Source: Hyphomicrobiaceae bacterium (GTDB taxonomy: Bacteria > Pseudomonadota > Alphaproteobacteria > Rhizobiales > Hyphomicrobiaceae). Taken from it: 62,010 bases of DNA. The stretch covers positions 1 through 62,010 of the forward strand of contig JANNRP010000387.1 in assembly GCA_031401535.1 (NCBI GenBank), in the 5' to 3' direction. The position numbers and the translations under genes are program-made. Positions 47,500 through 57,430 of the stretch are shown here, piece after piece; the first letter of the stretch is position 1; each line of letters begins with the position of its first letter. The notes beneath the pieces were generated by a model. That model made no database searches. It worked only from the letters and a program-made list of their open reading frames with translations, and was not told the origin of the DNA.

Positions 47500-47879
47500 G
47501 CGATGCCATGACTAAGTTGATCGGCACTTGGCGGCTGGTGGCCACGGAGGTTTCGCCGGATGCCAAGCCGCCTATTGCCAAACCCTACGGACCATTGCCG
47601 CAAGGGGTTGTCAGCTTCGGTTTAGATGGTCGCATGCACGCCGCTCTATGCGACGGCCGTCCCGAGAATCATAGCGGTGCCGCCCGCGAATATAATTCCT
47701 ACATCGGTGCCTTTACATTCGATGGCGACCGGCTGGTGACGCGAGTTGATGGCTCGTCGAACCCAGCGTGGGTTGGCGGCGACCAGCATCGCCGCGTGCG
47801 CTTTGATGGCGACCGCATGACCCTGCTCAACGGCGATCGCATCCTGCACTGGGAGCGGGTTGGCAGGCCCGCATCATGA
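47496..47879 (+). CDS. Lipocalin-like domain protein
   Basis: The LIGTWRLV start motif is typical of the bacterial lipocalin-like domain. It has ATGA overlaps with both neighbours. Confidence 0.6.
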   Translation: MSDAMTKLIGTWRLVATEVSPDAKPPIAKPYGPLPQGVVSFGLDGRMHAALCDGRPENHSGAAREYNSYIGAFTFDGDRLVTRVDGSSNPAWVGGDQHRRVRFDGDRMTLLNGDRILHWERVGRPAS

Positions 47880-48820
47880 CCGCGGAACTGACTTTCAAGA
47901 AGACCATGGAGTTCGAATACGGCGTGCCAGCCGAACTGGTGCCGGGCGTGCATCGCATTGTCGCCAACAACCCCAGCATGATGACGTTCAAGGGCACCAA
48001 TACCTATCTCGTCGGCAGCACCGAGCTGGCATTGATCGATCCGGGTCCAGATCTGCCCGAACATATCGAGGCCATTCGATCCGCGATCGGGGGCCGCCGG
48101 GTCAGTCACATACTCATCACGCATACCCACCGCGATCACACCGACGCACTGCCTAAAGTGCTGGCAATGACGGGTGCCAAAACCTGTGGCTATGGTCGCT
48201 CAGCGATCAACCCGGGGTCCGTGCGCACCAGCCCGTCAGGATCGGAGTTCGTCGATCAGGATTTCCGACCCGATATCGTCCTGCGTCACGGCGATCGGGT
48301 CGCCGGTCCAGACTGGGCGCTCGATGCTGTATTCACGCCCGGCCATGCACCCGATCACCTGTGCTTCGCACTCGACAAACACGGCGCACTGTTTGCCGGT
48401 GACCATGTGATGGCCTGGAATACAACGGTGGTGGCGCCACCCGAGGGCAACATGGCCGACTATATGGCGTCACTGCAGACCTTGCTGGCGCGCGCCGATC
48501 AAGACACAGTCTATTTGCCAGGCCACGGCGGACGCATCGAAACGCCAGCGCGGGTCGTCAAAGCCTTTGTCGTCCATCGCACATGGCGGGAGCAGGCAAT
48601 CCTCGGTGCCATCCGCCAGGGCACAGATACCGTGCGCGCCATCGTCAGCCGCGTGTACCAGGATCTCGACGCGCGTCTCGTGACGGCAGCCTCTCTTTCT
48701 GTCCAGGCGCACGTGGAGCATCTGATGTCGCGCGGTTTGGTCCACTGCGCGGGCCCGTTGACGTTTGACCAACTCCTGTCTGCCGCTTCGGAACCGCAGC
48801 CTTCCCCCCCTTCGCCCTGA
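47876..48820 (+). CDS. MBL-fold metallo-hydrolase with C-terminal winged-helix-like tail
   Basis: HTHRDH (HxHxDH), a downstream GH..DH, and the GDH ligand. Confidence 0.85.
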   Translation: MTAELTFKKTMEFEYGVPAELVPGVHRIVANNPSMMTFKGTNTYLVGSTELALIDPGPDLPEHIEAIRSAIGGRRVSHILITHTHRDHTDALPKVLAMTGAKTCGYGRSAINPGSVRTSPSGSEFVDQDFRPDIVLRHGDRVAGPDWALDAVFTPGHAPDHLCFALDKHGALFAGDHVMAWNTTVVAPPEGNMADYMASLQTLLARADQDTVYLPGHGGRIETPARVVKAFVVHRTWREQAILGAIRQGTDTVRAIVSRVYQDLDARLVTAASLSVQAHVEHLMSRGLVHCAGPLTFDQLLSAASEPQPSPPSP

Positions 48821-49631
48821 GCCGGCTCAAGCGTTCGGCGCGGGTCGATGAAACCGAGGCTTCGACTTGGGCCTGCACCTCTTTGAGGATACGGCGGACC
48901 CGCAATGCATTGCGCCCGAGGTCATGGCTGCCATAACGAGAGGCAGACCGCACGTCGACGCGTGACTGGCTGCCGTCGCCGTCGATCCGGATCACCACAT
49001 CGTCGTAGAAGCCAATAACCAGGGTGCGGTCGACGAATTCGATCCATCCCGGTTGTCCAAACCGTCCTTTCGGTGGCTCCTCGGCAATAAGTTTGAATTT
49101 CATGGTCTTCGAGCGCAACGCCGCCAGTACCAGTTCATAGGCCTCCTCCGCAGATCGATCGAGTACAAACGTTCGCAGATCGGGATAAGCCTTGGTCTGG
49201 GCAGCGCTGAACGCAGCCGTCTGATAAACCGCGCCATTGGCGCCGATACCGCGCTCCTTCGCGAGGTTCACGAAACGCGGCGGCGCCTGCAGGTCCGTTG
49301 TTATGTCGTTGATGCGGGGAAAGGCCTGTACGGCAGGTAGATAAGCGAGCGGCCAACCGATAATACCGAGTGCGACCAAAATGCCGAACCCGGTTGCGAC
49401 GCCGCCAGGCGACCCATGCCGCCAAATGGTTGCGATCGACGCTACGCCAACCAGCAGGGCGATGCCGGCACCCGCAAGGCCAACCTTGAACAGGTTGAGC
49501 GCAATTGGCGTCGCCATGCCGAACAACCGGTGCGCCACGACCCCGGTGACGATCAATGCGCCACTGAACAGCGCGGCGTTCACCGTCCATCGGCTCAGGG
49601 CTTGCATGTCGCGAGGGATGACAGCGGGCAT
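48645..49631 (-). CDS. DUF1499 domain membrane protein with a basic disordered tail
   Basis: Three N-terminal TM helices. The DUF1499 core reads PRINDITTD...AYPDL...GFYDDVVIRI...SASRYGSHDLGRNA. Confidence 0.7.
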   Translation of the reverse strand: MPAVIPRDMQALSRWTVNAALFSGALIVTGVVAHRLFGMATPIALNLFKVGLAGAGIALLVGVASIATIWRHGSPGGVATGFGILVALGIIGWPLAYLPAVQAFPRINDITTDLQAPPRFVNLAKERGIGANGAVYQTAAFSAAQTKAYPDLRTFVLDRSAEEAYELVLAALRSKTMKFKLIAEEPPKGRFGQPGWIEFVDRTLVIGFYDDVVIRIDGDGSQSRVDVRSASRYGSHDLGRNALRVRRILKEVQAQVEASVSSTRAERLSRLRAKGGKAAVPKRQTGVGQTSTGPRSGPNRATSDAPRAPGQKERLPSRDARRDPGTRG

Positions 49632-50046
49632 GGTTCAGCAGGCTTTGGTTAACGTCACGATTGCGCGGCATAGCATGTTCGTTGGCCTAAGGCACGCGAG
49701 CATCAAAACGATGCATCTGGTGACAGGTCCGATGGTACAGCCCGAATGAGCCGCGGACACGAGTTCGCGTGCCCAATAAAGTACCTCCTTGGCGAAAAAG
49801 GGGTGCGGCTTGCGGCTACCCCTCACATAGCAACTGACGGTGGAAGAGCAAAACTGATCACCTAGCGACCAATTCGGTGAATTGAGAGGTTGCGCATACT
49901 CTAATTCTATCACCGCACTGGGTCGCCGACGCCCATCACAACGCTTTGATTGCAGCCGCCGACCGAGATGCGCTATCACTGCCTAGTTCGCTACATCCGA
50001 ACTATCGCATGTGGTTCTCCGCCATCCCAACCCGAAAGGCTCTCCC

Positions 50047-50724
50047 ATGCTAAAATTCTATTTCAACGGCTCGCCCAATCCGACAAAAGTGGCCCTGTTT
50101 CTTGAGGAAGCTGGCTTGCCGTTCGAGCCAATGCCGGTCGACACGCGCAAGGGTGAACAGTTCACCCCCGCATTCATGGCGATAAATCCTAACGCAAAAG
50201 TGCCGGTGATCATTGATGGCGACGTCACGGTCTTTGATAGCAACGCGATCCTGCTGTATCTCGCCGAAAAGACCGGCAAGTTCCTTCCCGCCAACACGCC
50301 AGTGAACCGTGGTGAACTGCTGTCCTGGCTGATGTTCGTCGCCTCTGGCCTTGGACCATTTTCAGGTCAGGCCGTCCACTTCAAACACTTTGCGCCAGAG
50401 AAGGTGCCGTACGCCGACAAGCGCTATCAATTCGAGGCCCGGCGCCACTTTGGCATCATAGAAGATCGCTTGAAATCGCACACGTACATGGTCGGCAACA
50501 CGTATACAATCATCGACATGGAAGTTTGGGGCTGGGCACGGATGATCCCATTCATTCTTGGCGAAGCAGCTTGGTCGGAGTATCCGAGCATCAAGCGTCT
50601 TGTCGATGAGATCAGTGCACGTCCGGCAGCTGCCAAGGCGATGGCACTCAAGGATAAGTTCACTTTCAAGGCAGAGATGGACGACGAGGCTCGCCGTAAC
50701 ATGTTCAAACACATCGCGGCATAA
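50047..50724 (+). CDS. Glutathione S-transferase
   Basis: N-terminal thioredoxin-like part (SPNPTKVALFLEE, KVPVI, FDSNAILLYL) and a helical C-domain. Confidence 0.85.
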   Translation: MLKFYFNGSPNPTKVALFLEEAGLPFEPMPVDTRKGEQFTPAFMAINPNAKVPVIIDGDVTVFDSNAILLYLAEKTGKFLPANTPVNRGELLSWLMFVASGLGPFSGQAVHFKHFAPEKVPYADKRYQFEARRHFGIIEDRLKSHTYMVGNTYTIIDMEVWGWARMIPFILGEAAWSEYPSIKRLVDEISARPAAAKAMALKDKFTFKAEMDDEARRNMFKHIAA

Positions 50725-50742
50725 AAAGGCCCGCGCTTTGCC

Positions 50743-51768
50743 TCAGGCGACCCGGGCCGATTTTCCGGTGCGGGCCGTCTCGAGCAACGCATCAATCAGA
50801 CGATGGACACGCAGGCCATCAGCGCCCGAGATACGCGGTTGCCGCCGCTCTTCGATCGCATCGAGGAAATCGACCCAGGCACTGCGGTGCCAATCGTGCG
50901 GGAAGGCCATCGGATCTGCACCCGTGCCGCCCGCCGACCCATCCGGCTCAATACGTTCAGCAGATCCATCGTGACATTGCACAAGCAGCGAACTGCCGGT
51001 GAACACTGCCGTGCCTTTCACACCGATCATTTCGATGCGTTCGGAGAAGCCAGGATAGGCTGTTGTTGTCGCATCAATCACGCCGAGCGCACCGTTGTTA
51101 AAGCACACAGCGGCGGCAACCATATCCTCAGTCTCCATCCGATGCACCGGCGACGTCATGGCATAGCCCCGCACCTCAGCGATGGGACCAGCCAAGCTAA
51201 GCATCAGGTCGAGCGTGTGAATGCCCTGCGTCAACAGCACTCCGCCGCCATCACGCGCGATGGTGCCTCGCCCTGGTTGATCGTAGTAAGACTGCGGGCG
51301 CCAGACCCGGATCGTGGTCGAGCAATTGATAATCTTGCCAAGTCGTCCCGAAGCCAGGATCGCAGCCAATCGTTCGGCTGCGGGGCGAAAACGATGCTGC
51401 AGAGTGACGGCAAGGATCACACCCGCCCGCTCGCAGATGGACACCAATTCCTCGGCTCGTGCTGTCGTCAATTCCAGTGGCTTTTCGAGCAGTATATGCT
51501 TTCCGGCCGCCGCTGCGCGCTGCACCAGTTCGAGATGCGTATTAGGCGGCGTCAGGATGGCCACCGCGTTGATCAGTCGGTCCTTGAAGATCCGATCCAG
51601 ATCGTCGGACTTGGGAAACGCATACTGTCCGGCGAACGCATCGCGGCGCTCAGCACTCGGGCTGAATGCTGCGGCGACCGAAACACGGTCCGTCAAATCC
51701 AGCAGGCTCTTCGCATGCGGAGCGACTGCCATGCCAAGTCCGATCAAAGCTATATTATGCCGTGCCAT
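50743..51768 (-). CDS. Gfo/Idh/MocA family oxidoreductase
   Basis: N-terminal Rossmann IALIGLGMA and the EKP motif (LLEKPL). Confidence 0.85.
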   Translation of the reverse strand: MARHNIALIGLGMAVAPHAKSLLDLTDRVSVAAAFSPSAERRDAFAGQYAFPKSDDLDRIFKDRLINAVAILTPPNTHLELVQRAAAAGKHILLEKPLELTTARAEELVSICERAGVILAVTLQHRFRPAAERLAAILASGRLGKIINCSTTIRVWRPQSYYDQPGRGTIARDGGGVLLTQGIHTLDLMLSLAGPIAEVRGYAMTSPVHRMETEDMVAAAVCFNNGALGVIDATTTAYPGFSERIEMIGVKGTAVFTGSSLLVQCHDGSAERIEPDGSAGGTGADPMAFPHDWHRSAWVDFLDAIEERRQPRISGADGLRVHRLIDALLETARTGKSARVA

Positions 51769-51833
51769 ATCAACATCTCCCCACCGCGCGTTAATAACTC
51801 AAGCTAACAGGAACGCACACACTTTGACAGATC

Positions 51834-52124
51834 CTATGGTCCTGGCCGCCTGACCGATTTTGGCAATGGTCGATCACCATAGTCAATGACGGACCGGTTG
51901 ATGACGCGTCCCGTGGCATCGACGACCAGCCGCAGGCGACGGTTCTTGTAGAAGAAGGTCAGGCGATGGAGGCCGACATCTACATCTGTCCCTGTCTCGC
52001 ACAGACTCGTAAGGTCTCCCGCGCGCATCAGTCCTTGTACAGACACTACTTCGACGCCGAGACCGCTGCCGATGATTGACGCGTCGACCACCACGGTGCC
52101 GTCCTCAAATGCGATTGTTGTCAT
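51834..52124 (-). CDS. Small hypothetical protein
   Basis: 96-aa ORF. A GAGGAA RBS lies before the ATG at 52124. No motif recognised. Confidence 0.5.
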   Translation of the reverse strand: MTTIAFEDGTVVVDASIIGSGLGVEVVSVQGLMRAGDLTSLCETGTDVDVGLHRLTFFYKNRRLRLVVDATGRVINRSVIDYGDRPLPKSVRRPGP

Positions 52125-52397
52125 CGGAACCATTTCCTCAATTCTGAGCCGCAATCTCATGAAATCAAACAGCTAACAGATTTGATGGCCGCCCTATTTT
52201 CGACACATGCTCGAATAGTTTGTCGTCCACACGAGACCGGGCTGGGGTTTGAGCCTGAAACGATGGGAGTTGCGTGGACCCTGCCACGCTCCCTTGCCGT
52301 GCGGCGCACCCGAGGCGTGCCGTCATCATTCATCATCACTGACCACGCTGTTTCGACGGCGGTGGCCAGTTGAGCCTTATACAATCTGGAGTTAATA

Positions 52398-52970
52398 ATG
52401 ACACAGCGAACCATTACCGCATGGATGATGACAGCGTTGCTTGCATCGGCCTTGTTCATCACGAGCGACGCCGAGGCACGAACGAGCAATTCGTCGAGTG
52501 GGCGATCACACAGCAGTTCGGAACATCGCGGCTCCGGCTCATCGCGCTCCTGCCTGACATCATCAGCCCGCGCCCTGCTCAACCGGATCGAGTCCAAATT
52601 CGGCGCCATGCAAATCGTTTCGACATGCCGCCCGGGTGCAACGATTGCCGGCTCGGGCCGAGTGTCGCGTCACGCCAGCGGCAACGCCATCGACTTCAGC
52701 GCCGGGCATCGGAAGGGCGCCGTCATCAGCTGGCTCAAGCAGAACCACCACAACGGTGGCACGATGACCTATGCCGGCATGGACCACATTCATGTCGATA
52801 TCGGCCAGCACTTCGTCTCGCTGTCGGGAGGCAGCCGTTCGGCTAGCAACTCGGCCAGCCGCTCACGTTCTTCACGGGAAGCGCGTGACTGGAACTCGGG
52901 TCGCATGGCGCTTGGAGCAAAACGAGGCGAGACGCTCCAAGTCATTCCTATACCCAGCGATCAACGGTAG
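52398..52970 (+). CDS. Secreted peptidase M15A-like (YcbK/DUF882-type) zinc metallopeptidase
   Basis: Signal peptide. Zinc motifs SRHASGNAID (Hx6D) and HIHVD. Confidence 0.7.
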   Translation: MTQRTITAWMMTALLASALFITSDAEARTSNSSSGRSHSSSEHRGSGSSRSCLTSSARALLNRIESKFGAMQIVSTCRPGATIAGSGRVSRHASGNAIDFSAGHRKGAVISWLKQNHHNGGTMTYAGMDHIHVDIGQHFVSLSGGSRSASNSASRSRSSREARDWNSGRMALGAKRGETLQVIPIPSDQR

Positions 52971-52992
52971 ACTGGGCTGATCTTTGCCGCTG

Positions 52993-53487
52993 TCAGCCGG
53001 CCTCCGCAAAGCGCCGCGCCGCTGAATTCTGGAGGCCGGTCGGCTGATAGGTCTCGTAGATGGCAGGTAAGTGCCCTCTATCTAGTGCGCGCTGCGTCGG
53101 CTCGTTGCTGATCTCGAATGCGTCAAAACCGCAGCGTAGCATAAGAGGGATCTGGTCAAGCAACACCTCACCAACAGCGCGCAATTCACCGCGAAAACCA
53201 AACTGTTCACGCAGGCAGCGCGCCTTGGAATAGCTGCGCCCGTCGCTGAACTTCGGAAAGGCCAGCGCAATCACGGTGAGACGCCCGAGATCGTCGGTTG
53301 CAGCATCGAGTGTTTCGCCCGCGTCGACCTTGACGCCCAACGGAACACCAAGGCTCACAAGCAGCGCTTGCTCCGCACGCCACCGCTTCAACGAAACGAT
53401 GGCGTAGCCATTGACCGGCAGCGGATCAGCGTCCGTAACGTGCGCCCATGCATCGGTCGCGAAGACATTGTTTTTGAAGAAGCGCAT
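52993..53487 (-). CDS. DUF934 protein (sulfite-reduction associated)
   Basis: Conserved position immediately downstream of cysI. It has the FPKFSDGRSYS motif. Confidence 0.75.
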   Translation of the reverse strand: MRFFKNNVFATDAWAHVTDADPLPVNGYAIVSLKRWRAEQALLVSLGVPLGVKVDAGETLDAATDDLGRLTVIALAFPKFSDGRSYSKARCLREQFGFRGELRAVGEVLLDQIPLMLRCGFDAFEISNEPTQRALDRGHLPAIYETYQPTGLQNSAARRFAEAG

Positions 53488-53490
53488 GAT

Positions 53491-55191
53491 TCAAGCCTCT
53501 GTCGCTTCGTGAGATACTTTTGCAGCGGACGGTCCGTAGAGCGCGTGCTTGAACGGCTCCTTACCCAGACGACGGTAGGCGCTGAGAAAATCTTCGGATC
53601 GGTCATGGCGCTTTGACAAATAGGTCTCGACAATCGTCTCGATGGCGCCCGGCAACTCCTCCGCCGGGAAACTAGGCCCGACGATATCGCCGACCTCGGC
53701 ATCGTCCTTTGGGCTTCCACCGAGCGTGATCTGATAATGCTCGGTGCCTTTTTTGTCGACGCCAAGAATTCCGATGTTGCCGGCGTGATGATGTCCGCAG
53801 GCATTGATGCAACCCGAGATATTAAGTCGCAACGGCCCGATCTCTTCGGCACGCACCGGATCGGCGAACCGCAGAGCGATGGCCTGGGCGATCGGGATCG
53901 AACGTGCATTGGCCAGGTTGCAATAGTCGAGGCCGGGACAGGCAATAATGTCGGTGATGAGTTCAGTGTTGCCTGTCGCAAGCCCTGCTGCCACCAAGCC
54001 GTCGTAAACGTCGCTCACATCCTTCAAAGCGACATTTGGCAACACCAAATTCTGCGAATAGGTAACACGGATCTCGTCATTGCCGAAGGTTTCTGCCAGA
54101 TCGGCGACGGCGTTCATCTGAGCTGAATTCGCGTCCCCGGGAATCTTGCCTGGCTCCTTCAAGGAGATGTTGACGATGACGTGACCGCTGACACGGTGCG
54201 GCAGCACGTTGTGGCGCAGCCAGCGCGCGAAGGCTGAGTCACGCACACGGCGCGCTTCAACAGCCTGATTCTTTAACGCCGCTGGCTTCAGCGGCAGCGG
54301 AGCGAAGTATGCGGCGATCCGGTCACGCTCAGCTTGCGGCAGATCTACGGTCTGCCGGTTCATGCGCTCCCATTCAGCGTCGACTTCCTTACGGAAGCCG
54401 TCAATTCCAAGCGCGTTGATCAGGATCTTGATACGCGCCTTGTAAATGTTGTCACGACGGCCAGCCAGATTATAGACACGCAGGATCGCCTCGAGATAGG
54501 ACAGCAGATGTTCCTTCTCGAGGAAGCCGTTGATTAGTTGCGCGACATAGGGTGTGCGCCCCTGACCACCGCCGACATAGATCGCGAAACCAGTCTTGCC
54601 CTTGTTGGCGTCGCTGCCCCTCACGATGCGAATACCGATGTCGTGAAATAGGATCGCCGCCCGGTCGACGGCGGCCCCCGTTATCGCGATCTTGAACTTG
54701 CGCGGCAGGAACGTGAACTCAGGATGGATCGTCGACCACTGACGCATGACCTCGGCCCAGATGCGCGGGTCCTCGATCTCGTCAGGCGCGACACCGGCGT
54801 AAGGGTCGGCGGTAACGTTGCGGATGCAGTTGCCACTGGTTTGAATCGCGTGCATCTCAACGTCAGCGAGTGCGCTCAGAATATCCGGCGTCTCGACCAG
54901 CTTGATCCAATTATACTGGATGTTCTGGCGCGTCGTGAAGTGGCCAAAACCGCGATCCCACTTTTGCGCGATGGTAGCCAGCTGCCGCATCTGCAGAGAC
55001 GATAACACTCCGTAGGGAATGGCGACGCGCAGCATATAGGCGTGTAGTTGCAGATAGAGCCCGTTCTGCAGTCGCAGCGGTTTGAACTCATCCTCGGTCA
55101 GGTCACCGCCAAGGCGGCGCGTTACCTGATCACGGAACTGACTGGTGCGGCCATTGACGAAGGCCGTGTCGAATTCATCATACCGATACAT
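53491..55191 (-). CDS. cysI: Assimilatory sulfite reductase hemoprotein (nitrite/sulfite reductase family)
   Basis: Siroheme/4Fe-4S Cys motifs CPGLDYCNLA and SGCINACGHHH. Duplicated NIR_SIR ferredoxin-like halves. The ATG at 55191 is preferred. Confidence 0.9.
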   Translation of the reverse strand: MYRYDEFDTAFVNGRTSQFRDQVTRRLGGDLTEDEFKPLRLQNGLYLQLHAYMLRVAIPYGVLSSLQMRQLATIAQKWDRGFGHFTTRQNIQYNWIKLVETPDILSALADVEMHAIQTSGNCIRNVTADPYAGVAPDEIEDPRIWAEVMRQWSTIHPEFTFLPRKFKIAITGAAVDRAAILFHDIGIRIVRGSDANKGKTGFAIYVGGGQGRTPYVAQLINGFLEKEHLLSYLEAILRVYNLAGRRDNIYKARIKILINALGIDGFRKEVDAEWERMNRQTVDLPQAERDRIAAYFAPLPLKPAALKNQAVEARRVRDSAFARWLRHNVLPHRVSGHVIVNISLKEPGKIPGDANSAQMNAVADLAETFGNDEIRVTYSQNLVLPNVALKDVSDVYDGLVAAGLATGNTELITDIIACPGLDYCNLANARSIPIAQAIALRFADPVRAEEIGPLRLNISGCINACGHHHAGNIGILGVDKKGTEHYQITLGGSPKDDAEVGDIVGPSFPAEELPGAIETIVETYLSKRHDRSEDFLSAYRRLGKEPFKHALYGPSAAKVSHEATEA

Positions 55192-55210
55192 GGGCTGATC
55201 TCCGGGTCTC

Positions 55211-55477
55211 TTAAACGGTCGGGCCGTGCTGGGCGCGAATTTTTTCCCGCACTGATGTCGCCACTGGCCGACCATCGTAGATGGTGACGGCGAATGCATA
55301 GACAGCGGTAACCTCCCGGTCAGCGACCGCCTGGTTGGCGATGGCTTCCAGAACGCTCAGTTGTGCTTTGTCGTCGGCAACGCGGGCATCGCGCAGATCC
55401 CGCACCCAGCGTTCGTTTGAACCAAGATAGACCACATCACCGCTAGCGAGCAGGTTCGCTGTAACAACATTAGGCAT
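55211..55477 (-). CDS. DUF2849 protein
   Basis: 88 aa, in the conserved position between cysG and cysI in alphaproteobacteria. Confidence 0.7.
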   Translation of the reverse strand: MPNVVTANLLASGDVVYLGSNERWVRDLRDARVADDKAQLSVLEAIANQAVADREVTAVYAFAVTIYDGRPVATSVREKIRAQHGPTV

Positions 55478-56903
55478 AAGCCACCTCGGCGATTTGAACG
55501 TCTGCAGCAATCCGTTCGATGACGCCTGCTGGCGTCAGCCCCGCTACCTCGCCACATAACAGCAGTGTCGGCCCCTCGAGCGCCAACCGCTCGGGGCTCG
55601 CTGCAAGGACGTCGAGTGTTGTCGAGACCCGGCGCTCAGTGGCCATCGAGGCCTTACTAACCGCAATCACCGGCGTCGCTGGCGACCACCCGGCATCAAG
55701 GAGCGTGGTCGCCAGAATGCCAGCCGTCGCAACGCCCATGTAAACAGCCAGCGTGTTGCGGCCCTTCGCCAGCGCCGCAAAATCCACTTGATCGAAGTCG
55801 GCGGCCCCGTCGCCTGCGGCATGACCGGACACGAAGGTTACTGACCGCGAGATATCGCGATGCGTCAAAGGGATTTGTAGCGAAGCAGCTGCCGCCGTTG
55901 CAGCGGTGATGCCGGGAATGACGTCGACCGCGATGCCAGATGCCCGCAGCGTATCGATCTCCTCGCCGCCACGTCCGAACACGAACGGATCGCCGCCTTT
56001 GAGCCGCACGACAGTCTTGCCCTCCCGCGCGAAGGCAACAATCAGCGCGTTGATCTCGGCTTGGGTCTTGGAGTGCCGACCTTTGGCCTTGCCGACGCAG
56101 ATGATCTGCGCCTCACGTCGGGCGTGTTCGAGCACACCCTCACCACTGAGATAATCGTGTAAAATCACATCGGCAGATTTTAGAGCGCGCACAGCCTTCA
56201 TGGTCAGCAACTCAGGGTCACCCGGACCGGCACCAACGAGCAGCACGCGGCCAGCTTTTTGAACATCGGTTGGCTGGCCCGCCAACGTCGCTTCGATCAG
56301 GCGACGGCCTTCAACGTCGTCGCCGTCGAGAATTGCCGCGGCCGGGCGACCACCAAATACATCGTCCCAAAAGGCACGGCGCGCTGCACCCGGCGGCAAC
56401 GTCTCCGCTATTACAGGGCGGTAGCTGCGAGCGATATCGGCTAGCTGACCCAGCCGTGGGTGGAGGTCCTGTTCCAGTTGCGCGCGCAGACGCGTTGCCA
56501 GCACCGGCGCCGCTCCTTCGGTGCCAATCGCAACCGTCACCGTGCCTCGATCAACGATCGCGGCCAGTGAGAACGTACACAGCTCTGGCCGGTCAGGCAC
56601 GTTCACGGGCACGCCCAAGGCACGAGCAAGCCCAGAGATGCGCGCGTCTTCGTTGATGTCGAGCGTAGCTGCAATGACCAGAGGGCGGCCGCGCAAGTGC
56701 CGGATGTCGAGGCTGAGGGGGATCTGCTCGATGCCGCCACCTGCGGCGAGCGTCGCCATACCGGCCGAAAGCGTGTCGGCTGCGACCGTGACGCGCGACG
56801 CCCGCTTCAGCAGCAACCGCGCCTTTATTGCCGCGAGCTCGCCACCACCTACGACAAGAGGCGGCACCGCTCCAAACTCAAGGAAGATTGGAAAACTGCT
56901 CAT
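55470..56903 (-). CDS. cysG: Siroheme synthase (precorrin-2 dehydrogenase/ferrochelatase plus uroporphyrinogen-III C-methyltransferase)
   Basis: An N-terminal Rossmann domain, then the SUMT domain with VGAGPGDPELLT and RLKGGDPFVFGRGGEE. Confidence 0.92.
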   Translation of the reverse strand: MSSFPIFLEFGAVPPLVVGGGELAAIKARLLLKRASRVTVAADTLSAGMATLAAGGGIEQIPLSLDIRHLRGRPLVIAATLDINEDARISGLARALGVPVNVPDRPELCTFSLAAIVDRGTVTVAIGTEGAAPVLATRLRAQLEQDLHPRLGQLADIARSYRPVIAETLPPGAARRAFWDDVFGGRPAAAILDGDDVEGRRLIEATLAGQPTDVQKAGRVLLVGAGPGDPELLTMKAVRALKSADVILHDYLSGEGVLEHARREAQIICVGKAKGRHSKTQAEINALIVAFAREGKTVVRLKGGDPFVFGRGGEEIDTLRASGIAVDVIPGITAATAAAASLQIPLTHRDISRSVTFVSGHAAGDGAADFDQVDFAALAKGRNTLAVYMGVATAGILATTLLDAGWSPATPVIAVSKASMATERRVSTTLDVLAASPERLALEGPTLLLCGEVAGLTPAGVIERIAADVQIAEVAYA

Positions 56904-56909
56904 CTGACC

Positions 56910-57341
56910 TTACCCTGCTACCCATGATCCCTGCGATGCCAAGCTATCGGCCTGAACTTCCAGTTCCAGCCCGTCGAGATCCGACGTCATCACGAGTTGG
57001 CACGCCAGCCGCGAGCCGTCATCGGCACCGGCAATGTCGTCAAGCTTGGCCAACTCTTCGTCGGACGGCTCGGGCAAACGGTCACGCCAGCGATCGGCAA
57101 TGCGAACATGGCAGGTGGCGCAGACGCCGGCACCGCCGCATTCGGCTTTGATGGGCAGTCCGTAAGCGCGAATCAACTCCATGATGCGGAAGCCAGCTGC
57201 GGCCTCCGGCTTGAAGTGCGATCCGTCGGCAAGCCGCACATTGAGGGTCAGGAACGGCTCGTCTGCATCGGCCGATGCCTGCTCTGGCACGACAACGTCA
57301 GTGCGACTTTCGTAGGTCCGATCAAAGGTGTCTCTCAGCAT
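56910..57341 (-). CDS. 2Fe-2S ferredoxin
   Basis: The Cys pattern is ECGGAGVCATCH...ACQ. It is the first gene of the cys operon. Confidence 0.8.
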   Translation of the reverse strand: MLRDTFDRTYESRTDVVVPEQASADADEPFLTLNVRLADGSHFKPEAAAGFRIMELIRAYGLPIKAECGGAGVCATCHVRIADRWRDRLPEPSDEELAKLDDIAGADDGSRLACQLVMTSDLDGLELEVQADSLASQGSWVAG

Positions 57342-57374
57342 GGTTGGAACTCCATTGTCTGGAGAAGACCATAC

Positions 57375-57430
57375 AGAATTTTTATTCTATTTATAGCTGT
57401 TAATTATGATAAACACAGAAATTTGTTTCT
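57375..57430. promoter_or_regulatory. Two related palindromes in an AT-rich divergent promoter region
   Basis: AGAAT-TTTT-ATTCT (57375-57388) and AGAAA-TTTG-TTTCT (57417-57430). Their centres are 42 bp apart, in the only strongly AT-rich stretch of this region. Confidence 0.35.

Noticed and set aside
57375-57388. Irr iron-control-element (ICE) box in the cys promoter.
   Set aside because: The arms match AGAA/TTCT, but the spacer is 6 nt instead of 3 and the flanking TTT/AAA are not symmetric. It is reported only as a generic palindrome.
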